A program made the position numbers and the translations under genes. Under the pieces are notes generated by a model that saw only the letters and a program-made list of their open reading frames with translations, did not search any database and had not been told where the DNA came from. 64,000 bases of DNA, taken from NCBI RefSeq assembly GCF_009914755.1, contig NC_060928.1; one strand, given 5' to 3'. Positions within the stretch are counted from its first letter, which is position 1. The number at the start of each line of letters is the position of its first letter. Shown here one piece after another: positions 1 through 12,680 of the stretch. This DNA comes from the human T2T-CHM13v2.0 reference genome, Homo sapiens.

Positions 1-69
1 CCTTCTCCAGAGACATTCTGAAGACTAACAAAGGTAAATTATGTGAAATCAGTAGTCATAGAGCCATTC

Positions 70-200
70 TTACATTCATTTATCCTGTTCAGCAGTCATT
101 GAGCTCTTTCTGGTGGTAGCTTCTAGGCTAAGTCCTAAGAATATGTAAAGTGAAACAGACATGGGCTTTGCTTTCAGGATGCTTCAGTCTGACGGTGAGT
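70..200 (-). mobile_element. L2 3' end remnant
   Basis: cattcatt tail followed by ...aaacagacatgggctttgctttcaggatgcttcagtct, typical of a decayed L2 3' end; boundaries approximate. Confidence 0.55.
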
Positions 201-1004
201 ATACACATTAAAAATATAATTGCACCTAATCCATAGGTGTTCCACAAATGATTGCCGTATTTGACAATTCAGCAATTTGACTGTTCAATTGTTGATTTAT
301 TGCTTATTTCTATCCATTTATTAGAAATTAATGTTTAGTTCTGGCTCACTAATGTTTTCACGATATAGGTGTCATGAATTTCTTTACTGTGTTTGAAAGA
401 ACGTATGACACTGAGTTTCACTTTAGAACTTCCTAAGTATTAAGTATATAAGTAAAAAATGCTGGGAAGTGGAGAATTTTCGTTTTGTTCATTCACTCAT
501 CCATTTATCAACTGTTCAGTGCAACTAGAATAAGCAAGATGATTTCAGAGAAGATAGTGATGCTCAGATCAACTTGTTTTATAAGGCAACAGAGATGAGT
601 TAATCAGAATTAGACAATGCCTCTTCTGTGTTTGACTGGCTATTATTGCCTGCAAATTGCATCAAATATTTTAAAGATTTGAGATGAAAGATTTGGATCA
701 ATATGTCTGATTTAATAAAGCCACTTATAACCCGAGACAGATTGACCATACTTAAAAGAAGTAGGTCTAGATCTGTGAGATAAAGAAATGACTAGCGAAT
801 GTCATCTGCCAGAACTGAACTCATATGTGCTTGTCTGTGGCTTTATAAGGAAAGTTGTGTACTTTTTATCTCATTTTCCCATTCTCATTGGTATTTCTTA
901 ATTGCCAAACACATCTTTGGCTACTTGTTTTGTGTATTTAATACCATATTCTCTTTGTTGACATTGAGTTAGTCTACGACATATAGTTTAAAATAGCTAA
1001 GAGA

Positions 1005-1010
<6 letters not shown>

Positions 1011-1046
<36 letters not shown>
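1011..1046. repeat. (GT)18 microsatellite
   Basis: Perfect GT run seen directly. Confidence 0.98.
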
Positions 1047-1049
<3 letters not shown>

Positions 1050-1329
1050 AAGCAGCCATTGAGATGACTCAGAAATCTAACTTCTGTTCAGGTGTGTAAG
1101 TTGGATTCGTGTCATATCTTTTAATTCTTAGCTTTATTACTTTTTTTTGCTGGTGATTAAAGGAGAACATATCATCTCGTTGATATTTTGCCTCTCTTAC
1201 TCTTTTTAATAGTTTGATCACAACTTATTTTCTCTTAATTGTTTCTAACTTTCTCATAACATTTCTCTTAACTTTTAGTTTCCAAGAGTGAAGGTATGGT
1301 TGAACATACTCTTTTTCTAAATTATTTTT

Positions 1330-1666
1330 CCACTCTTCTGTAAGAGGATTATGCTTCCTGGCTCTGTTGATATCAGATTTGGTCAAATGACTTGCTAGGC
1401 CAATGAAATGTGAGTGGAGGTAACATGGACTACTTTCTGATAGAAGCTTTAAGAACCATCATGTAGTTCTCTCATTATTCTCCTTCCTCTGCCATGTGAT
1501 AAAAATAAGGGCTGCTGCTTCAGTTTGGGTACCAGGATGAAGAAGACTTTCAGTGTGAATTAATGTGAATTGAGGCTGACAGGCATTAATGAGAAATAAT
1601 AAATAAAAATAGACAGCTCAGATTTGGGGGTCATTTGTTATAGCAATGTATTAGTTGACTAATACA
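1330..1666 (+). mobile_element. MLT1 (MaLR) LTR remnant, MLT1I/J-like
   Basis: tgacttgctaggccaatgaaatgtgagtggag and the terminal tttgttatagcaa...gactaataca typical of MLT1. Confidence 0.7.
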
Positions 1667-1695
1667 AAGGAACATGCTAGTTTCATAAGCAGTGG

Positions 1696-1890
1696 GGCTG
1701 TGTATGATGGCTCACACCTGTAATCCCAGCACTTTGGCAGGCCAAAGCAGGAGGATTGCTTGAGGCCAGTTCAAGATCAGCCTGGGCAATATAGTGAGAT
1801 CCCATCACTAAAAAATTTTTAAACAATTAGCCAGGCAACATGTCTGTAGTCCCAGCTACTTGAGGGGCTGAGGTGGCAAGATTGCTAGAA
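1696..1890 (+). mobile_element. AluJ, 3'-truncated
   Basis: Left monomer with ggattgcttgaggcc, A-rich linker and the start of the right monomer. Confidence 0.85.
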
Positions 1891-1929
1891 AAAAGAGGCA
1901 ACAGGATGGACTGTTGGCATAAGAAAGAG

Positions 1930-2622
1930 AAAAGAGCATGTATTTTGGAGTAAGGTAGATCTGGGTTTGATCAAGCTTTGAATTCCACTAGTTGTGAATA
2001 CTTGGGCTAGTTATTAAACTATTTATACCTCACTTTTTTAATCTGTGAAATGAGGGATAAGCCTACAATAAACTTATTAAGTTTGCTGTGAAGATTAAAT
2101 GAGATCATCGCATTAATGTAATTCTTATTGTTGTAACCAATAGTCAAATGCAAAACTATATAATAACTCAAAATTTATGGAAGTTTACTTCTTACCTAAA
2201 CTACAAAACAGATGCTCTTAATTGTCAGGTACATTTATTCCAAACAGTGACTCAGAGACGAAGCTGCCTCTTTCCATCTTGTGGCTCTGCTGTCTGCAGT
2301 ATGTGGCTTCCAAGGTTGCCTGTGGGATATATCCATTCCAGTCATCCAGAAGGGCAAAAGAACATGAAAGATCCTGAAAGGGAGGTTTGTCATGGGCGAT
2401 GCATGGAAGTGGTACACATTGCTTTTGCTCACAGTACTGGATTCTGATTAGAATCCCGTTACATGGTCATACTTGAGTCAATGTTGGCTGTAAATGTAGT
2501 CTGGCTATGTGCTTAATAAGAAGAGGAAATGGTTGGTGAACAGTTAGCAGTCTCTGCCATAGTGATATATGTAAAGGGCATAGACTACTAACTAGCACCT
2601 GGCAGATACTTAATAAATATTC
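1930..2622 (+). mobile_element. MIR split by an MLT1K LTR (MIR parts ~1930-2115 and ~2561-2622)
   Basis: MIR core ctgtgaaatgagggataa...gtgaagattaaatgaga resumes as tatatgtaaag...gcacctggca...aataaatat after the LTR. Confidence 0.65.
2122..2560 (-). mobile_element. MLT1K-like LTR
   Basis: gtgactcagagacgaagctgcctctttccatcttgtggctctg...tagcagtctctgccata end motif. Confidence 0.65.
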
Positions 2623-3299
2623 TTTTCTGTTTGTGTCTCTAAGTTCCTTCAAACCTTATGTAAATATCAAAAGTGTTTATTTGCTGGGATCAGACAAATG
2701 ACATTTAAAATGGAATATATACATTTTGAAGCCATAAAAAATATATACTTTTTAGCTCAGGGGTCTTCCTTGGTATTCACACAGCACTTGCTTTGTGCAA
2801 AGGTCTTGGATCACTGGCAATCAAAACTAGAGTTCCTAGAGGCATTCAATGAATGTCTGTTGAATGCCTACCTGAACAAATATACCTCTCTCGATTTTAA
2901 TAAAATACCATGACTGAGCCAGGGGGAACTAAACTGGCTTCCTAGAGACTATTGCCTTGCTGTCTAAGAATCGGTATTTAACTTTTACTTACTATGGGAA
3001 ATGGTTGTATTTATAACCCAAACTTAAATTAAAATTTTAACTAAGTGTTAGCTAAAATTTTCCAGTTAATTTCATTGTTATTGAATTATTTCTTTGGATT
3101 TATACTTTGAGGCTGGATACATGTAAAAACTATTGATAATTTCTGCTTGTTGAAATCAGGCTTGTGAGAGTTCTTGCAAATTTATAAAGATATGTTTGAA
3201 TCTTAGTTTTTCTTATTCTCTTAGGCAACTCATACTACACATATGGGCCTCGACTATTTAATCAATAAAACCAGATGAGGATAAAGACTAGGTTATATA

Positions 3300-3425
3300 C
3301 TCATAGTGAATTTTAAATGGGGTAAAGAATGTAAAACAATGAATACATTTTCTGGCATGTAGTAAATACTCAGTAAATGGTAATTTTCTATTAATATTAA
3401 TAGCAATAATGATAGTAATAGCACC
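3300..3425 (+). mobile_element. MIR 3' remnant
   Basis: ttaaatggggtaaagaatgtaaaac...tctggcatgtagtaaatactcagtaaatggta. Confidence 0.55.
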
Positions 3426-3678
3426 ATAATACTAATAATGGAAAAATAATAAACTATTATCAGGGAAGGGCATATTTTTCTCAGAGGCACACTGTAGATG
3501 TGCAATAGGATGATTAACCATCTTTGCCTCCCTAGAACAACACAGAACAAGGTTGGAATATGCTTCCCGTTATGCCAAGGGCAAGGTTTTGTTCTCACCT
3601 GAGTGTTTTGACACTGCATAATTTGATAGTAAACAAATTATGTCACGTTTGGCGTGTACTCCTTCATATTTTTGAAAA

Positions 3679-3696
3679 GCCACTAGAGGGTGCTAC
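3679..3696 (+). promoter_or_regulatory. CTCF-like binding motif
   Basis: gCCACTAGAGGGTGCTAc versus the core consensus CCACYAGRKGGCRS; one C>T mismatch in the core. Confidence 0.6.
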
Positions 3697-5409
3697 TTTG
3701 CTAGAAAAATACAAGTACTTCCTTACAGTAACATTTTCAGTCTGCAGCCGCGACGTCTGATGTTAGGGACTAGAACTGAGATCTCTGCTGTGAGTATCCG
3801 GATACAATTTATTCATTTTCTTTCGCTTATGTAGGAAGTAAATAGGAATAGCTTAGGTAAGCTACAAAAGTTGATTCAAATAAAATCCTAGTCTTTTATT
3901 TCAGTAAAGGTTCATACCCATTCTATTAGGAAAAAATTGTCAATATTTCTTACTAAACAAAATTGTGAGGGTAAATGACTTTCTTATGAGATATAAGCTG
4001 GCTTTAATACGTGTGCTGTGTTTTTGCTAGACTTCTGTTGTTTTAAGTTTGGTATAAGGATATTATTCTGTCTTTGGTAGTTTTTAATTATAAGGGTTAG
4101 TGAAAATGAAGATCATTTTGTATGATTTTGCTCTCTGAAAAATAATGTTTCAGTGAATCAAAGGTCACAAATATATTCAGGTGGCTGAGGTGCAGGTAAA
4201 CTAAGCCTGTGACCTTCCTTTTTGTTACTCTGAGTGTAAAGTAAATGTTATGTTGGTGAGAGGTTGTGTTAAGCGTCAACCTCAATTATGAATAACGGCC
4301 TTTAGTCTATAGCTCATACTCAATGGCAAGTGCATCTTTGTGGAGGCAATTATCTAAGGATGAAACATAGTCAGCATGGGTCGAGTCAAAATATTTCTGC
4401 AAATTAACCATTGTCTTTTCAGCTGACCATGAGGTAATGAGATGAAAGAAGATTGTCAGTAGTTGAGTGAGAGGAATAAATATATGGGAGACATAAAGAA
4501 TCCTAGTTGTGTAATAGATGTGAATTATACAAAACCTGGATGTTCTCATTTTTGATCCCTGATAGAAGAGTTAGCTTCCTGAGAGATTTTTGTCCTACTA
4601 CGTATTACTTCAAAAATATAAGAGTTGGGGAAAAGGGTTTCTGATTTGTCTTCCCTTAGTGAAAGGAACACTAAAAAGTTTCAGACAAAATTATCTGAAA
4701 GAGTCTAGCTCCTCAAGTCTTTTGAGTTTCCTCTACCCTAGGTAACTAATCAAGTCTGGGTTGTACTTGATGATTAAACAAGAATTTGGTCACTGGGGTG
4801 GTGCATGGGGTGTGTGTGTGTGGTGTGTGTATTTCACACACTCACATATGTCTAATTACAACTTTAAGAAGTCATGTCAGAGAGTATCTTTTTATTCTCT
4901 GTCTTACCCTACTTTAATTTTCGGTGTTAATTCAGCGTTTATAGCTTGTTTGTATGATTATCTTTAGGAGCAGTTTTGTAAGTTAGGTAGTTATTGGTGG
5001 TGGGAGAAGGGGAGGAGTCAGTATATTCCGATTTTTTTCACTGTTGTTATGTTTTTCAACTCCATACTTTAAATCTTGTACAGATAATTTGAGACTGGCA
5101 ACATTTAAGTGGCTCTAAAACACACAAAAAATTTCCATCTATCTTTTTTCATTAATGTAGATCATGTCTTTCTGTTTATTTAACTCCACTTTGGGATATA
5201 AATGAAATCAAACGGGGTTATATCCTTGTCCATGCTGGGGAGTACTTTCCTAGCACAGGACAGTTGGCTAAATAGTCCATACAGTAGATTAGAAGGGGAA
5301 CTGTCAAACCTGGACTGAATTTTTACTGAGAAAATACCTCTATTTTAATTTGCCAGCTGTATAAAACATAGATTACAGAAAATAATATTGAATTGGAAGG
5401 TGGGGGGCA

Positions 5410-5600
5410 GTTAGCATTCTGGTTCTGATCTGTTCCTAAGTTGTTGGCTAATGACTTTATCTTGGGTAAACCATAGATATGGTTTATCCAAGCTTCAGTT
5501 TTTTATTTGTTTTTATCTTATAGGAAAGAATAGTGTCTCTTTTGTTCATATCAGAGGATTGTTGAGTGACATACAAAAAAAATGCCCTAAATTATAAAGA
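5410..5600 (+). mobile_element. MIR with an internal hairpin
   Basis: cttgggtaa...gcttcagtttt...cagaggattgttgag resembles the MIR core. Confidence 0.55.
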
Positions 5601-6236
5601 CCAACAAAACTGTTGCCATGGTCTGTCAATGTGGTCATGAAAATGGACTTTATAAGATTCATTAAATACTATTGGGGAAATACCCTGCACCAGCGCTCTG
5701 ACTTCTAATTCTACACATTGCTCCCTTCAAATGACCATACTGCATGTTTCAGCCTGACAAGAGATGCTGAATGTGTGATGATGGGGGAGAAAGGAAGAGG
5801 TAGCTCATCTTCCAATGTTGTGTACAGATTGTCACTGCCAACACCCTACAGCTGTGCTTTTGCTTTTGATTTCTTCATGCCTTTTATATGACTCAATTCC
5901 TGCTTTAAGGCACATTGTATTCTTGGCTTCTTAAGCTCAGATGCTCAAATAATTCCATGGGGTCCACTATATAAACTTAAAACCACAGTGGATGTGAAAT
6001 TGGAAATACTAAACTTGGAACTGTTCTTTTTTGCTCATATTTTCTCATTTGATAAATTGAGGGAAGCAATGTTTTTCAGTAGCTCCCTTTGGTATAGCTC
6101 CATGGCTCTCAAACCTTGGATCTAGGCTTTTATTACCTCGCTGGACTAAGTATTGTTAGGAAGTCCTCTTCTTTTGCCTTGTACACCCTTAAACAAGCCC
6201 AATAAACGACAGCCTTGGTTTCCCTGTCTAAGCTGA

Positions 6237-6280
<44 letters not shown>
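6237..6280. repeat. Compound (TC)10(AC)12 microsatellite
   Basis: Seen directly. Confidence 0.95.
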
Positions 6281-6282
<2 letters not shown>

Positions 6283-6561
6283 CAACATTATCTGTATGTA
6301 TGAGGCAAGATAGATGGAGATTAGAGAGATCAACATATCCCTTTATTCCTTATGATTGATAAAAAACTAATATTGGAGAATGTGCCTTATGGATGTGGCA
6401 ATAATGGGCATCCTAATAACAAACTGCAGGCCCAGCCAGAGTAAACTTGGAATCTCCTGGGTGACAGTCTGCCTCCGCTATAGCTAAAGGCTAGGTGGAA
6501 CATGTATACACTTTCAGGGTAGCTGGCTCCCTCAGAAATGTGGAGGGAAAAGGGCTGAGCT

Positions 6562-6847
6562 GGCCGGGTGCGGTGGCTCAGGCCTGTAATCCCAGCACTT
6601 TGGGAGGCTGAGGCGGGCGGATCACGAGGTCAGGAGATCGAGACCATCCTGGCTAACACGGTGAAACCCTGTCTCTACTAAAAATACAAAAAAATTAGCC
6701 GGGCTTGGTGGCGGGTGCCTGTAGTCCCAGCTACTCGGGAGGCTGAGGCAGGAGAATGGCATGAACCCTGGAGGCGGAGCTTTGCAGTGAGCCGAGATTG
6801 CGCCACTGCACTCCAGCCTGGGTGACAGAGTGAGACTCCAACAACAA
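6562..6847 (+). mobile_element. AluY with an almost absent A-tail
   Basis: AluY diagnostics (gatcgagaccatcctggctaacacgg, ggcatgaacc, gagct-tgcag); TSD aaaagggctgagct at 6548-6561 and 6848-6861. Confidence 0.95.
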
Positions 6848-9800
6848 AAAAGGGCTGAGCTATGCCTACTTAGTTCCTCTCCCAAACTTATCAATTAAGT
6901 AACTGACTCCACGTTTCTAGGGTGAGAAACCTTGGGAAAACCCCATTACAGAAAACTGAGAAAAAGCAAATAACTGTCCTTACCCCCAGCCCCCAAAATA
7001 TTCTCCAGGTGCTTGTTTTCTTATATTATGGAACCTAATCATCAGGTCTGTAGAAAGCAGATGGTTACCACTGATATCTGACTTCTGGTGGCTCTGCCTG
7101 GGACCACTGGTGATAGAGACAACATTTTCTCTTGGAAATATCCAAAAAGGTCAGTCTATACTAGAGCTGAAAATTCTCTCTCCTTTCTCTTCTCAATCCA
7201 AATGATATCCATCTAAATTGTCCAAGCTTATTAGAAATTTTGCAATGATATTTAATGACTACATGAGGCCATCCCAATAATAGTATGCCAAAACTAGATG
7301 TCCTAAACTGTTATATAAATCTCTGCCCATTATTAAATCCTTCAACAGTAATAAAAGAGCAAATTTAAACTCTTAAATGGTATAGTTCAAATGAATTAAA
7401 AACCAGACACACATATATTTCACTTTTGTTATTTCAAAAAAATTAGTGATAAAAACATCGCTTCCAATTTCTCATTCTGATCAGTGTCAGCAGAGAATTC
7501 TTGGTGGCTGGGGAGGATGAGTTTCCTTCAGCAGCTGCAGCTTGGATTATTTCTCACAGAATGGGTGTAGTTCTTTCACAGCTTCAGAAGTTGCATGAAT
7601 TCAATGCCAAATTTTTGATGTGCCTCATTATTTTGAAGGGGGTTTACAAGATTATTATGACACTGGCCTCACTCACATCAGATTGAGAAAAAATGAATCT
7701 CCAGCCTCTGGAACAGTTTTCCCAGGGAAACTCAGTATTTAGTGATGCCAAAGATTATAAAAGACATTTAATGAGATCTGGGAATAGGATAGACAGTCTT
7801 GATTTTGGTTTAATCAGGATGCCACTGTATGCCAGTTTTTTAGAGTCAATGATTGGAGACCTTGCATTCAACTGGGAGAATTGGCCATAAAGACGTTACC
7901 TCTGGCACTAGAGAACTACCAGATCTTGAAGAAAAATCCATCTATGCACATGGTCTCTGCTACAAAAGGATATTTGAGACATGCTGGGTAAGCTTAGGAA
8001 TTTGCAAGAGCTTCTGCATTCTTATCTGGCCATGTGTTTCAGGCATCCTGATGGTGGTGTAGTGTGGATTCTGTCTAGTAACATGTTATCCACTTTCTCC
8101 TCTGCCATGGTGGTGGATCCACTGGTCTTGCTATAAAATTGGTTAGTCCTCGGAACTCTTCCTCCTACTCATAACCAGTCCAGCTGGAGAGACACCCTCA
8201 GTAAATTTTTGAACTCAAAGTGTTTTTGATAATTTTTGAAATTTGAAGCCTTAGGGAGGTTTAGTGAGAATGGGTATCTCCATGTGTTCTTCAAGACAGT
8301 TGGTCTGGTACAAAATATGTAAAGTTAGGACCTCACACACATGTGCTCTGAAGCACTCATAGAACTTAGATGCCTGTGCACTTTGAAGACAATGCCTACA
8401 TACATGGTTTAGAAATATAGAAAAATCAACAAAAACTGCTTCACCTCTTGTCACACACAGTGGGTAGTTTAAGGTCCTGATGTAGCAGCCAGCTTCCACA
8501 AGTCTTTTTGGCCCATGTGGCTTTATTTAAAGCCTGGGAAGGCTTGCTTGTGGAAAAACAGCTTCTCCCTATATAAAAATAGCCACACACCCGTGAACAA
8601 GCCACCATAAGCTACAGGTCCCCGACAAATTCAAAATCCTCTAGTGACCCATCCTTTTAAAGCCCCAGGTTTAAAGCTGCTGCTTAGGCTGCACTGATTA
8701 TATGCACAACAACAGCTGTGAAAACCAGTTGTATAATGCAATACAAGCCCTTGCAAACCACCGAGGTCAACAAAAGACACAGCCTGATCTCTTCCAGTCC
8801 CTCAAGATTCAATTTTAGTTTTGCTACCCAAATTGCACTCCACATCTATCTCTTAATGTTCCTGGCTCAAGGCATCATATTCTAAACACTGTCTTGAATT
8901 CAACTTCCCAATCGTAGGTAGAGGCAGAGGCAGAGTCTGCCCTCTAATACATGAGGCTTGGGATAACACAACTGAATGTCTGCTCTCTGTAGTTAGCTGG
9001 ATCACAAGGGTGGATGGCAGAAAGAGCTGGGATACTTGTTTCCAGTTCCTTTCTGAAACTCACCTGTCAGGTAACTCACTCCATCTTTGTGCACAAGAAG
9101 CTGGACGTATTTAGGATAAACCCCTCTTTGCGGAAAGCAGAGGAGTGAAGTTCTAGTCCCTCTCAACATGACCTGATTCGATTTTTCCCCTGTGGCCTCC
9201 TTTGATAGACTGTCTTGAAACAAGTGTTTCTTTCCAGAATAAAAACCAAACAAACACAAAGGACTTATGTGTTCTAAGTAATTGAGGAGCTCACCAGTTG
9301 AATGGCTTGACTGATGCGTCATCAATTTTAATTCTGCTGCAGAGGGTTTCCCCAGGTGCTTTACATATGCTAGCTGTAACTGATCTCTTCAAGCACTCAA
9401 TGTAACACTTTTCTGGAAATGCTGGGTTAAGTCTTGCTTTCCAAAAGTAAGCTGGAAAGATTTCAAATAACATGGATGGAAAAAAATTGAATAAACAGGA
9501 AAATGATTCACAGTGTGCATTGATACAGGGAGATGTAATTACATTAAATTAAATGAGGTAATAGTTGTGAAAGAACTTGGCAAACTTGTAAAATACCATA
9601 TGAAGGTAAAGTTTTAGCTTTTACATTCTGTACAAATGGATTGCAATTTGAAGTCCACAGTTCCTATTATAAGGATTTTGGTAGGAAGGTTAAAACCTAG
9701 TTTTACTCTTCCTTACATTAGGAGAAGCCTTGAAATGGTAAATGATCTTTCTAAGCCATATGGTCCATAGTCACCAACATAAGGAATGTCTAAGTGGGAC

Positions 9801-10078
9801 CAGAAGTCAGTATGTTTCTCTTAATGATCAGTGTCAGAAGTTTGTGAGTGCCTAGATTCATGTGAAATGCAAGCTACCAGGGCATAAGACACTGACAAAG
9901 CTGAAAACTGGACCATAAAAAAATCTTAACAACATCAACTCAGAATATGAAAAGAAGAGATATGTATCTTCTGGAACTAAAGATGAGTTAATAATTTTTT
10001 CCTATATGTGAAAAAAATAATTTTCGCCTATACTGTGAAAAAATTATTTGATGAACAATCGCTTCTCAGTAATGATAA

Positions 10079-10392
<314 letters not shown>

Positions 10393-10592
10393 TAAAATAA
10401 TATTAAAAAGCCCCACTCTGTCTCTGTCCTTCTATATAAATTTAGTGTACATAAATGTAATTCTGAGTATTAATCAACAACTTGTTTTTTCCCATTTTGT
10501 TTAAATGGTTAGTTCAGGGATGCATTCTCTTAAGTCTTAATGAAATACCCCCATCAGTAAAACAAAAATTTTCCTTTGGGACTTACAGTATA

Positions 10593-11164
10593 CAGTAAGT
10601 TTGTCTATAGTGCAGAACTTGAAATTGTTCCAACACAATTGATATATTAAGGAGCATTTGAAGCATGACACAAATTTTGCCTTTGCTTCTGCACAATTTT
10701 GTTTGTGAGAGACTGCAGTCAACTGTAGCCAGTTGAACCCAGCTGCATAGGAATTTATAAAACACACACATACACACATCTCACATATTAACATCTACCC
10801 CTTACCTCATTTCACTATGTGTATTATGAGCCACGCCCACCCACATCTGGTGTTAGAACTTGCAGATCCACTTCAGATAACCTTCCTTCTGCCATTTCAT
10901 AATAACTCATAAGCTGCAACCCTTCTGCAAACTTCAGGTCTTTTTCAAGGTAAAGCACCATATTTATTGTAGTATTTATGTATTTCATAACTATTTCATG
11001 TGTATAAAACTGTAATACCATTTTATTAGTTTTCTATTTTTTTAATGTGTAACTGATGTTTCTGATTTTAACCCCATTTTCTCATGAACCATTTCTTTTA
11101 GTGCAACTTGGCATAGCATGGTAATTTAAGGAATGCAGATACTGTATTGTAGCAGAACTGACTG
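10593..11164 (+). mobile_element. Tigger-family (Tigger13a-like) non-autonomous DNA transposon
   Basis: Degenerate TIRs: cagtaagtttgtctatagtgc at the left end and cagtcagttctgctacaatac as reverse complement of the right end; TA precedes the left end. Confidence 0.7.
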
Positions 11165-11804
11165 GATTTTAAATTCAGTTTTCCCTTTATATTTATATTT
11201 TGAAGCAACAAGTAAATACAATTCTCTATTTTCCATTTCCGTTCCTCCATCATTTTTGGATAGTGCTGTTAGCTTACCTGCAAGATCCTTGCCAGGAGGC
11301 ACCTTGTAAGTTTCTGTTGACAGCAAGCCTGTCTGGATTTGCATGAACTGTGAGTGATTTCTTGAAAATCTACACTTTTGAGGCTGAGTACAAACCTGCA
11401 GGAGTCCTTCTTTAGGCCCAGAGACATTAGCTGATGGCACTCATGCATCCTTGTTTTTCCATGTTCTGAACAGGAGAGGAAGTTTAGCAGTCAGACACTT
11501 TCATATATGGTATTTGATAAATATGTATATAAAATATATGTAAGAAAAAATTTCCCAAGGATTTATTTTTATAAAATATTTTTATTTGTGCATCTGTCTC
11601 AGGCCAGGTGAATAATATCACATATAGGGTAATAGGCCTTTTACTCTGATCTTTATTGCTGGATTTGTCTTTAGAAACCCCTTATCTTATTCATTATGTG
11701 TCCTATGTTATGCGCAGCCATAGTGCATAAAAGATAAGTTGTAGAACAAAATGCTCAATGATTTGAGAGAAATATACTTTCTCATGAAAGCTGAGAAGGG
11801 ATAT

Positions 11805-11980
11805 TAATGTTTATTAACTTCTTCCTATGTGCTAGGAAGTTGGTTACCTTGTTCATTGATAACACATTCAGTCTATTCATTCAATCTTCACACTATCCCT
11901 TATTTTTATTCTATTCATTTTAACAGATGAAAAAACTGAAGCTCATAGAAGGTAATTATCCCTATTTCAAGTGGTAGAAC
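11805..11980 (-). mobile_element. MIR, interrupted by an LTR; tail resumes ~12440-12475
   Basis: cattttaacagatgaaaaaactgaagctcatagaaggtaa. Confidence 0.65.
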
Positions 11981-11981
11981 A

Positions 11982-12435
11982 TGTGTCAATTTGCATTCTT
12001 AGATAAGTAAACACAAAGATGGGATTAGATTTGCAAGACATTTGTCAGGGGAATGGCTGTGAAAGATAGAGGAGGAAGTAGGAGGGTCCTTGTACCATAT
12101 TACGGGTCTGACACCCAGGAAAGGAGGAAGAAGGAAGGAGCACTTGTCAGGAAGAACCTCAGATTGAAGGCACTTCTGATAAATCTCTGCCAGGCTGGTG
12201 TTTTAGGAATCCCCAAGCTTATTACAGGAATCCTGCACTGTGTAGAAGTGGCCTAATTCTGATACCCCTCCCACGCCCAGTCATTGGTTGGGAGCAGCAC
12301 TATGAAAGCATACAGGATATGAGCTCCAAGGTGGATCCAAAAGTGTGGACAGCAGTAGGCTGCCTATCAGCTGTGATCTTGCGAGCAGGTCCTCTTAAGG
12401 GGAGATGTGAGCAGTGCACCATGTTGGCCACTGCA
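11982..12435 (-). mobile_element. ERVL LTR, LTR16C-like
   Basis: cagtcattggttgggagcagc and terminal gagcagtgcacc...ccactgca. Confidence 0.65.
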
Positions 12436-12680
12436 GTTATAATTCAATCCAAGATCTGCCGAAGTCCAAGTTCTTCTCTACATGGGTAATGTACGGGGTT
12501 GGTGGGAGGGGTGGTTTTCCACTAATCAAAATAAATCCCTTAATACCTCTAAATAGCATACCCTAAGTAAAATTTGTGGATTTGCTATGCAGACACCAGC
12601 TTGCTTCATCTAAATTCCTTCTAAAGAGAAATTTTGTAGCTTCCACTTGAGAGAAAAGACAGAGAAGCAATTTTCTAAAG

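Noticed and set aside
2840-2869. 10-bp inverted repeat aggcattcaa/ttgaatgcct
   Set aside because: It matches the native stem-loop of an L2 3' tail.
8016-8116. Perfect Kozak ccaccATGG on the minus strand (MAEEKVDNMLL...)
   Set aside because: The frame is only 28 codons and there is no other support.
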